NCBI GenBank assembly: GCA_018650165.1
Contig: JABIGM010000037.1
Span: 1 to 62,800, forward strand
DNA: 62,800 nt
Source: Methanobacteriota archaeon
GTDB lineage: Archaea; Thermoplasmatota; Poseidoniia; Poseidoniales; Poseidoniaceae
Direction: 5' to 3'
A program made the translations under genes and the position numbers. The notes under the pieces were generated by a model. That model was not told the DNA's origin. It was given only the letters and a program-made list of their open reading frames with translations, and ran no database searches. Position 1 is the first letter of the stretch, and every line of letters starts with the position of its first letter. Shown here piece by piece: positions 26,698 through 35,977 of this stretch.

Positions 26698-27027
26698 TCA
26701 ATTCATCGAACGCATCGATAATTCAATGCTAACGGTATCTGGGATAGGGATACGAGCGACCTGTCTTAGAGCGCTTTCATCCTTTCCGCTAGTGATATCC
26801 ATTTCTAGAAGACGCTTGTGAATTCGCATCTCCCAATGATCGTAGGTTTCGACTCCTTCACCATCAGGTGCTTTGCGGCATGGTACCACAAGACGACGTG
26901 TTGGTAGGGGGATCGGACCACGTAGACTGATTCCACCATTATCACAAATCGTTTTGATTTGAGATGCGACGGCATCGATGTCACGATGATTTTCGCCTGT
27001 TAACTTGATGATGGTCACTGCTGCCAT
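26698..27027 (-). CDS. rps10: 30S ribosomal protein S10 (uS10)
   Basis: GPIPLPTRRL, RKAPDGEG, WEMRIHKRLL; SD AGGTGA. Confidence 0.97.
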   Translation of the reverse strand: MAAVTIIKLTGENHRDIDAVASQIKTICDNGGISLRGPIPLPTRRLVVPCRKAPDGEGVETYDHWEMRIHKRLLEMDITSGKDESALRQVARIPIPDTVSIELSMRSMN

Positions 27028-27068
27028 GATATTCACCTATTCCATTCGGATCGTAGTCCAGTCGGATC

Positions 27069-28367
27069 TCAAGCCTTCTTGTCAATCTTTAGACAAACGC
27101 CAGCAGCGACGGTCTTACCCATGTCACGGATAGCGAAACGAGACAATTCAGGGAATGTGTCCATCTGTTCGATAGCCATTGGCTTAGTAGGCTGGAAGCG
27201 GATCAAACATGCATCACCGGTCTTCAAGAAACTAGGGTTAGCCTCTTTTCCAGACTTGTTGGTTTTCTCAAGTAGTTCCATGAACTTCACAGCAACTTGT
27301 GCGGTGTGAGCGTGGAATACAGGAGTGTATCCGATTGAGATTGCCTTTGGAATATCCATAAGTTGGATTTGGCCAACGAAAGTTTCGTCGTGACGAACAA
27401 AGGTAGGTTGTGTGTCTGTGTATCCTGCAACGTCACCACGGCGGATTTCGTCAGCAGCAAGTCCACGAACGTTGAATCCAACGTTGTCTCCAGGTTCTGC
27501 CTTAGGTACCATTGTGTGGTGCATCTCGATTGACTTGACTTCAGCAGACTTCTGTGAAGGGTTGAACATTACTGTCTTACCAACGTTTAGAGTTCCGGTT
27601 TCAATCTTACCAACTGGCACTGTTCCAATACCGGAGATCTTGTAGACATCCTGAATTGGTAGGCGGAGTGGCTTGTCTGTAGGCTTCTTTGGCATTGCTG
27701 CGGAATCGATAGCCTCGAATAGTGTTGGTCCACTGTACCATGGGCACTTGTCAGACTTGGTGAAGACGTTGTCTCCGTTAAGGCTGGATGCTGGAATCAT
27801 TGGGATACGGTCAAGTTGCTTGCCGAATCCTGCTGTCTTTAGAAGTCCTGTAACTTCAGCACATGCTGACTTGTACTTGTCTTCTGACCAGTCGACACCA
27901 GAGATGTCCATCTTGTTAACGTGAATAATTAGTTCTGCAACACCTAGAACCTTTGCTAGGAAAGCGTGTTCCTTAGTCTGAGCGTTGACACCATCGTTTG
28001 CAGCACAGAGTAGAACTGCTGTGTCTGCTTGGCTAGCACCAGTAATCATGTTCTTGACGAAATCACGGTGACCTGGAGCATCAATGATAGTCCAGTAGTA
28101 CTTTGGTGTAAAGAATTCTTTGTGAGCAACGTCGATGGTGATACCACGTTCGCGCTCTTCCTTTAGACCATCCATAACATATGCAAGTCCGAATCCGGCC
28201 TTACCAGATTCTGCAGCTAGCTTTTCGTTCTTTTCAATAACGTGTTCTTCGATGTGACCGGAGTCCAGAAGAAGACGACCTACTGTGGTCGACTTTCCGT
28301 GGTCAACGTGTCCAATAAACACAATGTTTCGGTGGTCTTTACTCTTATCTTCCCATTGAGATCCCAT
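27069..28367 (-). CDS. tuf: Elongation factor 1-alpha
   Basis: GHVDHGKST, EERERGITID, DAPGHRDFVKNMITGASQAD, NKMD, RFAIRDMGKTVAAG. Confidence 0.98.
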   Translation of the reverse strand: MGSQWEDKSKDHRNIVFIGHVDHGKSTTVGRLLLDSGHIEEHVIEKNEKLAAESGKAGFGLAYVMDGLKEERERGITIDVAHKEFFTPKYYWTIIDAPGHRDFVKNMITGASQADTAVLLCAANDGVNAQTKEHAFLAKVLGVAELIIHVNKMDISGVDWSEDKYKSACAEVTGLLKTAGFGKQLDRIPMIPASSLNGDNVFTKSDKCPWYSGPTLFEAIDSAAMPKKPTDKPLRLPIQDVYKISGIGTVPVGKIETGTLNVGKTVMFNPSQKSAEVKSIEMHHTMVPKAEPGDNVGFNVRGLAADEIRRGDVAGYTDTQPTFVRHDETFVGQIQLMDIPKAISIGYTPVFHAHTAQVAVKFMELLEKTNKSGKEANPSFLKTGDACLIRFQPTKPMAIEQMDTFPELSRFAIRDMGKTVAAGVCLKIDKKA

Positions 28368-28477
28368 AATGCTCACTCCTTTAGCAAGTCGCCGACATAA
28401 CTCCCCTATTTGAAGACCGCGACGCGGTAACCGGTTATTTATGTGAGAATACTAGGGCGTTAATGCTTCCCAGTGCC

Positions 28478-29647
28478 TCATTTGTAAGTAAGCCGGATAG
28501 TCATAGATTCAATATCCAAATCATTAACCTTCTCGTTGCGCAAAGTCATAGTCCATTCCCCATCTTTCCAATTGCCTTCACTGAAATGGTAGGAACCGCT
28601 TAATGAGAATATTACACAATCAGTATCTGAATCACAATCGCCACTCTGGCGCTGATCTAAGCCGATTGCACTGGTATTTCCAGCTTCTTCATCGGTAGAA
28701 TTGAAACCATAGAGGTCGAGTTTAGCTCGGCAATTATTGGTATTTGGAATAACGGTACAATCTGAATCTTCCTTGAGATACACTAATTCTCCTTTCGCCC
28801 ACCTAATTGTGTTTCCAGAATCTTGCTCTTGGGTTACTGGGAAACTGAAATCGATATCTACAGGGCTGTTTGATGTATTTCCTGCAATAGAGAAGTCGTT
28901 CCATGTTCCTACATAATTGACATACACTGTGGTTTCATCAGTATTAGACAGACCTGCGCCATTGGTGACCGTTAGAGCGATTTTATACTCGCCTGGTTTT
29001 ACTTCTTTCCAATCAACTGTTTCTCCAGTCAAATCTGCATCATTAGTATAGTCTCCGTCACCATCTTCATCGCGCTCTAGGTCCAAGTCCCAATCCCAAG
29101 TGGAGATGTATTCGCCAGTTCCACCGGCTTCGGAATCTGAGCCATCAAGAGTAATTGTAGTAGTTGCTAGAATATTTTTACTTGACAAACTCCTATCCAT
29201 TTCACAAATATATGCTAAATAGAAACTTCCTGAATTTACATTTTCTCCTTCACAGTCACTCATCGGAGCGTCAGAGCCTGCATCTGCGTTTGGCTCTTCT
29301 GCATCTGCATCGATAATATTGATTGTACGAGTCTGTGTATCTGAAGTAATTGAGTCAGATACTGTGAGAGTTACATCATATGAGCCTGAATCTGGATAAG
29401 ACCAAGTCGCGGTCCTACCTGTTTCATCATAATCTCCATCATTATCGAAATCCCACTTGTAGGTGAGTGATGAACCTGGAGGCAGGGATGCTCCTCCATC
29501 GAATTCAACATCCTCGCCCGAACGAATGTTTTTAGTCGGTTCAAACGAGAAAATTGCTTCTACCTCGCCAGAGGTGGAATCTTCACTAACCGTACAGCCT
29601 GCTAGGCTGGCTGAAATGAACAACAGGGCCATCAATAGGGGCTTCAT
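28478..29647 (-). CDS. PKD-domain lipoprotein
   Basis: Lipobox SLAGC; two PKD-like domains (YKWDFDNDGD...GSYDVTLTVSD; WDWDLD...GEYKIALTVTN). Confidence 0.8.
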   Translation of the reverse strand: MKPLLMALLFISASLAGCTVSEDSTSGEVEAIFSFEPTKNIRSGEDVEFDGGASLPPGSSLTYKWDFDNDGDYDETGRTATWSYPDSGSYDVTLTVSDSITSDTQTRTINIIDADAEEPNADAGSDAPMSDCEGENVNSGSFYLAYICEMDRSLSSKNILATTTITLDGSDSEAGGTGEYISTWDWDLDLERDEDGDGDYTNDADLTGETVDWKEVKPGEYKIALTVTNGAGLSNTDETTVYVNYVGTWNDFSIAGNTSNSPVDIDFSFPVTQEQDSGNTIRWAKGELVYLKEDSDCTVIPNTNNCRAKLDLYGFNSTDEEAGNTSAIGLDQRQSGDCDSDTDCVIFSLSGSYHFSEGNWKDGEWTMTLRNEKVNDLDIESMTIRLTYK

Positions 29648-29702
29648 CACCACAGGGAGGAAACCTCGTCCCATTCAACCCTTGCCCTTCCTGACCCATC
29701 AA

Positions 29703-32177
29703 TTAGAACGAGAATAGGTCTGTTTGGCGATTTCCGGAGAGCAAATCCTTCGCATTCCAACCAAAAGCCTCTGTAACTCTGCCAAAAGCGGTTGCTAATC
29801 GGTCGGCATAGAACTGTCCGTCGTAATTGGTAACGGGTGATTCTTCTAGCCAAGGTTCTATTTCCATAGGCCGGTTTCTTGCATTGGTAACAATGTATGC
29901 TATCTTCATTCCAGGGGTAAATGGGAGTCCTTTGTCGATTAGTGCTCTTGCAGCCCTAACTTGGATCATCGAATCCGGATTTGAATAATCTTTAGTGAAA
30001 TCCCATTTGGCTCTTTTTTTATCCCATCGGCCTTTGCATGATTTACTCATTATCAAATCTCTAACTGGAACATTACCATCCTTAGCTGCTGCTATCGTCT
30101 CGATTGCCAAAGTGATGGCCGCCTCTGAGTCATCCGAAAGCACATATTCGAACATCTGCTTCATTCCATCTGTCAAATACCTGAATGAATCTGTGCGTTG
30201 GGTTTCATAACCCTTGATCATCATCTTTTCTTTAGGCCATACAACTTGTCCGACATACCTCTTCTTGGCACCATGGCTAAAGAAAACCGATAGGCCTGTT
30301 TCAAATTCAAGTTCTGCACTTGCTTCACTGAACCGTTCTGCCGTACTATGGCCAAACTCAATCATCGCCTCTCTGGGATTTTCAACACCTTCAACTGGTG
30401 TCTTAACAAATATTGAATCTGTATCTGAATACACAACATGGTGACCTTCTTCCCCTAATTTATGAATTATTTTTTTGATGTTTTGTCGCGCCCAAGCGGT
30501 AATGGATGAACCTAAATCACGGTGAGTGAAACGATAAAAACCGCTTGCGAATACGCCATAAAATGAATTCATTAAAATCTTCACAGCATACTGCATTTGG
30601 TCATGATAAGAATGGATTGCATCGTCATTAGCATTACGCATTCCTGCTTTGTGAACATCTCTTTGCGACATCAAATCTTCAAGTAATGTCGGAACCATTC
30701 CGCGTCTGCCTTTTTCGTTTCTAAATTTCGCTCCAGTTGGAGAGGTATAGATTTCCTCACCATCAACCGGTTGGTCTGTACTGCCTTCACCTATTCTAGT
30801 GGTATAACAAATATTCTTTCCAATCATTATTGAGGGGTACATGGATTTGAAATCAAGAATTGCAACCCAGGGGTGTAACCCTGCTTCAACATCGTGAACA
30901 TATCCACCGGTGATCTGCCCTTCTTTTTTATCAGCCGAACCGGTTAATGGGACTCCAATAGCAGTTCTATCTGCCATACGAATTACTAGTGAATCAATCA
31001 GTTGTGAGGTCGTACCATTTGCACTGGTATCAAGTGGAACCTTTGCTACAGCAGCAACTGCTTCTTTCCTTCTGAATGCTTGGATTTTGTGCATAATATC
31101 TAGAGGCAATTCTGCATCTCGTAAACAGTATTCGATGACTACATCGGGCCTAGCCGCCCATTCTTCATCCATCTTGGATGCGTCTACATCCATCTTTTGC
31201 ATGTCTTCATCGTCTGGAAATAATAGTGCTGAAACAAACTTCAGTGTTTCGCGTTGTGGCCTCAGTGCTTGTCTTGCTTGCCACCATGCATCCATTATAC
31301 AACGGCCACCTAGGTTCCAAGCACGTGCTGTTCCTCTAGTCGGATAGAGAGTATCTCTGCGCCTGCCATCTTCTGAAATTGCAACACGGCCCCAGCCCAT
31401 TGTTGCTGCTTTGAGGAATTTATCACGTTTAGAGATGAGATTGGCTCTATCGAAGATTCTACCCATATCGAAATTATCGATATTGTATCCTGTAATAATG
31501 TCAGGGTCGCTGCTTCTTACCAATTCAGTCAAGTCACGAAGTATTGTCTCCTCATCACTAGCAAAGGTATGTCTAGTCCGTTCACCGCTACCCATGTCTT
31601 CGGTTACAACTGCCGCACAGAGTATTGTATCGTGAGCAATGGAGGTCTCTAAGTCAAATGAAAATATCTTGAAAGGGGCTGGGAATGGTTCACAATTACT
31701 CACATCATCCATTGTGATTTCAAGGCAGATGTCTACAGGGTGTTCGGTTACTTCAACCTCCCCTTCTACACTAACATGCATCGAAAAATCACCATCAAGA
31801 AAAAACCGGTTTACAAAGGGAATATCGCCTGATAAAATAGTACATCGGCCAGATAATTCTTTACGGATTTTAGGCACCATGAATGGCTGAGTCACAAAAA
31901 CCTTCCAAACCGGCTTGATTCCCAAATCAGTAAGTTTCATCTCAGGTCCTTCGATTTCTCTAACATCTTCGTGACTTGAGACCCAGTCTAATAAATCGAA
32001 ACTTTGAGACTCGTCCCATCGGCCATTTGGTGTTATCTCGAACCACGGTTTTATTCCATGGACACGCAATAATATGGATTCACCACTACGTGCACGCGCC
32101 CACAGCTCCATGACTGTTGCATCATCTTGAGAGGCGTACCTTCCGGTGATGATTGCCACATCACCACTCCAGCGCAT
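29703..32177 (-). CDS. polB: Family B DNA polymerase with 3'-5' exonuclease
   Basis: ExoI FDLETS, ExoII GYNIDNFD, ExoIII YCLRD; LDFKSMYPS, KILMNSFYG, YSDTDS; no intein. Confidence 0.96.
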   Translation of the reverse strand: MRWSGDVAIITGRYASQDDATVMELWARARSGESILLRVHGIKPWFEITPNGRWDESQSFDLLDWVSSHEDVREIEGPEMKLTDLGIKPVWKVFVTQPFMVPKIRKELSGRCTILSGDIPFVNRFFLDGDFSMHVSVEGEVEVTEHPVDICLEITMDDVSNCEPFPAPFKIFSFDLETSIAHDTILCAAVVTEDMGSGERTRHTFASDEETILRDLTELVRSSDPDIITGYNIDNFDMGRIFDRANLISKRDKFLKAATMGWGRVAISEDGRRRDTLYPTRGTARAWNLGGRCIMDAWWQARQALRPQRETLKFVSALLFPDDEDMQKMDVDASKMDEEWAARPDVVIEYCLRDAELPLDIMHKIQAFRRKEAVAAVAKVPLDTSANGTTSQLIDSLVIRMADRTAIGVPLTGSADKKEGQITGGYVHDVEAGLHPWVAILDFKSMYPSIMIGKNICYTTRIGEGSTDQPVDGEEIYTSPTGAKFRNEKGRRGMVPTLLEDLMSQRDVHKAGMRNANDDAIHSYHDQMQYAVKILMNSFYGVFASGFYRFTHRDLGSSITAWARQNIKKIIHKLGEEGHHVVYSDTDSIFVKTPVEGVENPREAMIEFGHSTAERFSEASAELEFETGLSVFFSHGAKKRYVGQVVWPKEKMMIKGYETQRTDSFRYLTDGMKQMFEYVLSDDSEAAITLAIETIAAAKDGNVPVRDLIMSKSCKGRWDKKRAKWDFTKDYSNPDSMIQVRAARALIDKGLPFTPGMKIAYIVTNARNRPMEIEPWLEESPVTNYDGQFYADRLATAFGRVTEAFGWNAKDLLSGNRQTDLFSF

Positions 32178-32274
32178 ATTGTAATGTAGAAGTCAATAGG
32201 CCAACTACTTGTCGAAAGTGCACTTGATGATAATTTGCGCACAATCATTGAATACCGGCGGGCTCTGGTCCTCT

Positions 32275-33312
32275 ATGATGAGCCAAGCACCGGTCGATTG
32301 GGACTCCCTTACATTCTCGATGACCGAGACTGATAAAATGTATATTGCAAAGACTGCGATTGATGCTCCGTGGCAACCTGGAGAAATGTTTCCTTACGGC
32401 AACATCTCTATCTCTCCTGCTGCAGGAGTAATCAATTATGGTCAAGGATTATTCGAAGGAATGAAAGCATACAGAACGGCTGCAGGAAGAATAGTTCTAT
32501 TCCGTCCTGAAGAAAATGCTCGTCGAATGCAACGCGGTGCTGACCGACTGAAGATGCCCCCAGTTCCAGAATCCATTTTCATCGATGCGGTAGAACAGTG
32601 TGTACAGCAGAATTCCCGATGGGTACCACCGATGGGCAAAGGTGCACTCTATGTTAGACCACTCCTAAATGGAAGTGGGCCGGTGCTTGGAGTTGCGCCT
32701 GCACCAGAATACACTTTCATGATCTATGTAACACCAGTTGGACCTTATTTCAAAGGTGGAATGAGTTGCATCAAGTTGCTAATCAGTGATGAACACCACA
32801 GAGCTGCTCCCGGCGGTTCAGGTGGAGTCAAGGCTATTGGAAACTATGCTCCCGGTATGATGCCTTCTAAGAAAGCGAAAGCCGCGGGATTTGCAGAGGT
32901 AATCTATCTGGATGCTGAAGAGCACAAATATGTGGAAGAAGTTGGCGCTGCTAATTTCTTCTGCTTGAAAGATGGAGTGCTGTATACTCCTGAATTAACT
33001 GGCACTATTTTGCCAGGTATTACACGTGACTCAATAATTCAACTAGCGCGTCACATGGGTTACGAAGTAGTTGAAACAAAGGTTGCAGCCGATTTTGCTA
33101 TGGCGGCTGAAGAAGCATTTTGTTGTGGTACTGCTGCAGTAATTTCCCCAATTGGTTCTATCACATTAGGTGATAATACAGCAACATACGGTGACGGAGT
33201 CACACCTGGGAAGTTAACTCAGCAATTGTATGATGCGCTAACTAATATCCAAAACGAAGTCGATGAAGACCTATTTGGATGGGTTCACCCGGTACCCATG
33301 GAAATGCCATAG
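32275..33312 (+). CDS. ilvE: Branched-chain amino acid aminotransferase (PLP class IV)
   Basis: NYGQGLFEGMKAY, LFRPEENARR, LYVRP, KAIGNY, EEVGAANFF, ILPGITRDSII, GTAAVISP. Confidence 0.96.
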   Translation: MMSQAPVDWDSLTFSMTETDKMYIAKTAIDAPWQPGEMFPYGNISISPAAGVINYGQGLFEGMKAYRTAAGRIVLFRPEENARRMQRGADRLKMPPVPESIFIDAVEQCVQQNSRWVPPMGKGALYVRPLLNGSGPVLGVAPAPEYTFMIYVTPVGPYFKGGMSCIKLLISDEHHRAAPGGSGGVKAIGNYAPGMMPSKKAKAAGFAEVIYLDAEEHKYVEEVGAANFFCLKDGVLYTPELTGTILPGITRDSIIQLARHMGYEVVETKVAADFAMAAEEAFCCGTAAVISPIGSITLGDNTATYGDGVTPGKLTQQLYDALTNIQNEVDEDLFGWVHPVPMEMP

Positions 33313-33363
33313 TTTGCAAGGGGTCCCCTTCCGAATGTCCATGCAAAGCCTAATCAAACTTGA

Positions 33364-34680
33364 TTAATCCTCAGTCATCCAACGTCCTTGGAATGAGTCA
33401 TCGGTATTATCGATGTGAATGAATAGAGAGAAAGCAGTCCAAACTAATGTGTTGAATCCATCTCCAAGTTGATCTTCACCACCGGCCTTTGCAACCATGA
33501 AGTCGAGATTATCAGTGGGGCTATGCCACTCTTGCCAAAATGATGCATCGCCACCTGCACTGAAGAAGTTGAAAGTAGCATAGCCTTGTGTGAAGAATGA
33601 ACAGTGGTCACTTGCACATGATTCTGCGGCTTCCCAATAGATGTCATTAGCAGCGACATCATGGAAATTCATTTCATCCTCGACAACCAAACGTACCCAT
33701 TCTAGCATGGTTGCTAAGTTCTCATCGTTAGCACCTGCTGTTGCGATTGAGAGGTCGTAAGGCCCATAGCCAGGTGGTGGAATGATTGGGTAGTTCAGGG
33801 ACACCATGTCGAAATTCATATACGCCTTTACCGCCTTACCTTCAGGAAGGTGGTTTACGAATGCTGCACTTCCTAACAATCCTTCTTCTTCACAGGCCCA
33901 TAGTGCTGCTACAACTGTATGGTCCCATTCTCTAGAAGCAATCGCTTGTGCAACTTCCATTGAAACGGTGGAGCCACTAGTATCATCATTTGCACCTTCA
34001 GTAGTTCCTCCTCCTGGTGGAGTGAAGGCGTAACCAACATCAAAATGGCCACCCAATACAATGTATTGGTCTGGATACACATTGCCGTATTTGTAGCCAA
34101 CGACATTCAGTTGGTCTGGGTCATCTTCGTATCTTGTTACTTCAACGAAATCAAATCCATAGGTCTCCCATTCGGTTTTCATAGCCTCGGCTGCATTTTC
34201 GTAACTCTGACCGGTATTACCATCATGAGTTGTAGTAGATGCACACCAGCGATTATTGTAATCAGTGGTTAGCATATCGATTGTATCAAATGCTCTGCGT
34301 CCATCTAAGAACATCATTTCACTACTATCCTCGAGCATCATTGTTGCATTCCATACCTCGTTTCCAGCAGTAATAGTTAGTTCAATATCGGTGCGTTCTG
34401 TATCTAAAACAAGAATTTCTAGTGTGGTTTGTGAGGCTGGGAAAGTCATTTCTTGAGCATCTTTGAACACGCCATCCGCATCGACGAAGAATAAACCTGC
34501 AGACCGATTAGCTGTCCAATCTACATTTGAATCAACTTCGATTGAGAGGAATTGTCCCCGTAGGGCTGTTGAAATATCTTCCACACTAAGACTTGGGTCG
34601 GTCTCTTCAGCCCCGTCCTCGCCAAAACATCCACTAAATGATGCAATGAACAATATTGTTACAATGAAAAAAGCGCGCAT
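33364..34680 (-). CDS. M28-family Zn metallopeptidase, lipoprotein
   Basis: Lipobox FSGC; GGHFD, GANDDTSG, EEEGLLGS, NFDMVS, SDH, HSPTD. Confidence 0.9.
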   Translation of the reverse strand: MRAFFIVTILFIASFSGCFGEDGAEETDPSLSVEDISTALRGQFLSIEVDSNVDWTANRSAGLFFVDADGVFKDAQEMTFPASQTTLEILVLDTERTDIELTITAGNEVWNATMMLEDSSEMMFLDGRRAFDTIDMLTTDYNNRWCASTTTHDGNTGQSYENAAEAMKTEWETYGFDFVEVTRYEDDPDQLNVVGYKYGNVYPDQYIVLGGHFDVGYAFTPPGGGTTEGANDDTSGSTVSMEVAQAIASREWDHTVVAALWACEEEGLLGSAAFVNHLPEGKAVKAYMNFDMVSLNYPIIPPPGYGPYDLSIATAGANDENLATMLEWVRLVVEDEMNFHDVAANDIYWEAAESCASDHCSFFTQGYATFNFFSAGGDASFWQEWHSPTDNLDFMVAKAGGEDQLGDGFNTLVWTAFSLFIHIDNTDDSFQGRWMTED

Positions 34681-34684
34681 AATA

Positions 34685-35968
34685 TCACAACTGACATGGT
34701 TCGAGATGAGTTTTACCATTCATCATTGGTACGAGGCATTTTGGAACTCTAACTCGGCCGTCTTCTAACTGGTTTTGTTCCATTATTGCTACTAGAGCAC
34801 GGCTAGTAGCAACTGCTGTAGAGTTTAGAGTATGAACTGCAGCGTTACCTTCACTTGTTCGGTAACGCATTCGTAAACGATTTGCTTGGTAATCTGTACA
34901 ATTAGAACAGGACACTACCTCTTTGAATGCCTCAGCACCAGGTAGCCAAGCCTCTAAATCGTACTTGCGTGCTGCAACCGTGCCCATATCTCCTGTACAG
35001 ATATTTACGACCTCGTAATGTAGGTCAAGTGCATCCCAAAGGTCTACACAATTTTTCAACAAATCCTCATGATGATCCCATGAATCATCGGGGTGTGTAA
35101 TCACAACTTGCTCAATCTTGGTAAATTGATGAACGCGCCAAATACCACGATCAGAAAGGCCGTGTGCACCGACTTCCCTACGGAAACAAGGGCTGACTCC
35201 TACCAGTTTTATTGGAAGTAAACTCGGTTCAATGACCTCATCCATGTACATCGACGTAAGAGGATGTTCGCTAGTTGCAATCATGTATAGTGGGTCGGGG
35301 GTAATTCCATACATTACTGTCTCGAAATCCGATAGATCAGTAACCCCTTCATATGCATCTCTATTCATCATTACAGGAGGTTGGATGAATGTGAATCCGC
35401 GCCCAATTAAGAAATCTACAGCGTAAGTTTGCAAGGCGAGTTCCAGACGGGCAAGATCGCCTTTTAGGAAGAAGAATCGACTGCCTGCAACTTTTGCAGC
35501 GCGCTCCAAATCCACCCATTTATTCATTTCAATCAGTTCATTGTGAGTCTTTGGTTCAAAATCGAATTGTGGTTTTTCACCATGTAAGGAATGCTGGGTA
35601 TTTCCACCTTCGTCGGCTCCAATTGGAACTGCCTCATGTAGTAAATTTGGAATACGCATTCGAATGCTATCTCTTTCTTCAAGGAGAGAATTTGCTTTCT
35701 CATCAAGTTGTGCAATACGGTCGCCTAAGTCTTTGACTTGAGCCATTATCCTGTCAGCATCTTCTTTGCTACCGCTCTTCTTTGCATCTGCGATACCTTT
35801 TGCAGCAAGATTACGTTCGCGGCGACCATCTTCCATAGACTTGAGAGCATTACGCCACTCCTCATCGATGGCGATTACACGATTGATTCTGTCATGAGGT
35901 ATTCCTCGTTTATCGTGATCGGCACGGATTTTATCCGCATCGTTTCGGAATAACTCCATACTTAACAT
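34685..35968 (-). CDS. serS: Seryl-tRNA synthetase (standard type)
   Basis: N-terminal coiled arm, IATSEHP, CFRREVG..., RVHQFTKIEQ, EVVSCSNCTDYQANRL, TLNSTAVATSR. Confidence 0.97.
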   Translation of the reverse strand: MLSMELFRNDADKIRADHDKRGIPHDRINRVIAIDEEWRNALKSMEDGRRERNLAAKGIADAKKSGSKEDADRIMAQVKDLGDRIAQLDEKANSLLEERDSIRMRIPNLLHEAVPIGADEGGNTQHSLHGEKPQFDFEPKTHNELIEMNKWVDLERAAKVAGSRFFFLKGDLARLELALQTYAVDFLIGRGFTFIQPPVMMNRDAYEGVTDLSDFETVMYGITPDPLYMIATSEHPLTSMYMDEVIEPSLLPIKLVGVSPCFRREVGAHGLSDRGIWRVHQFTKIEQVVITHPDDSWDHHEDLLKNCVDLWDALDLHYEVVNICTGDMGTVAARKYDLEAWLPGAEAFKEVVSCSNCTDYQANRLRMRYRTSEGNAAVHTLNSTAVATSRALVAIMEQNQLEDGRVRVPKCLVPMMNGKTHLEPCQL

Positions 35969-35977
35969 ATAATCACC

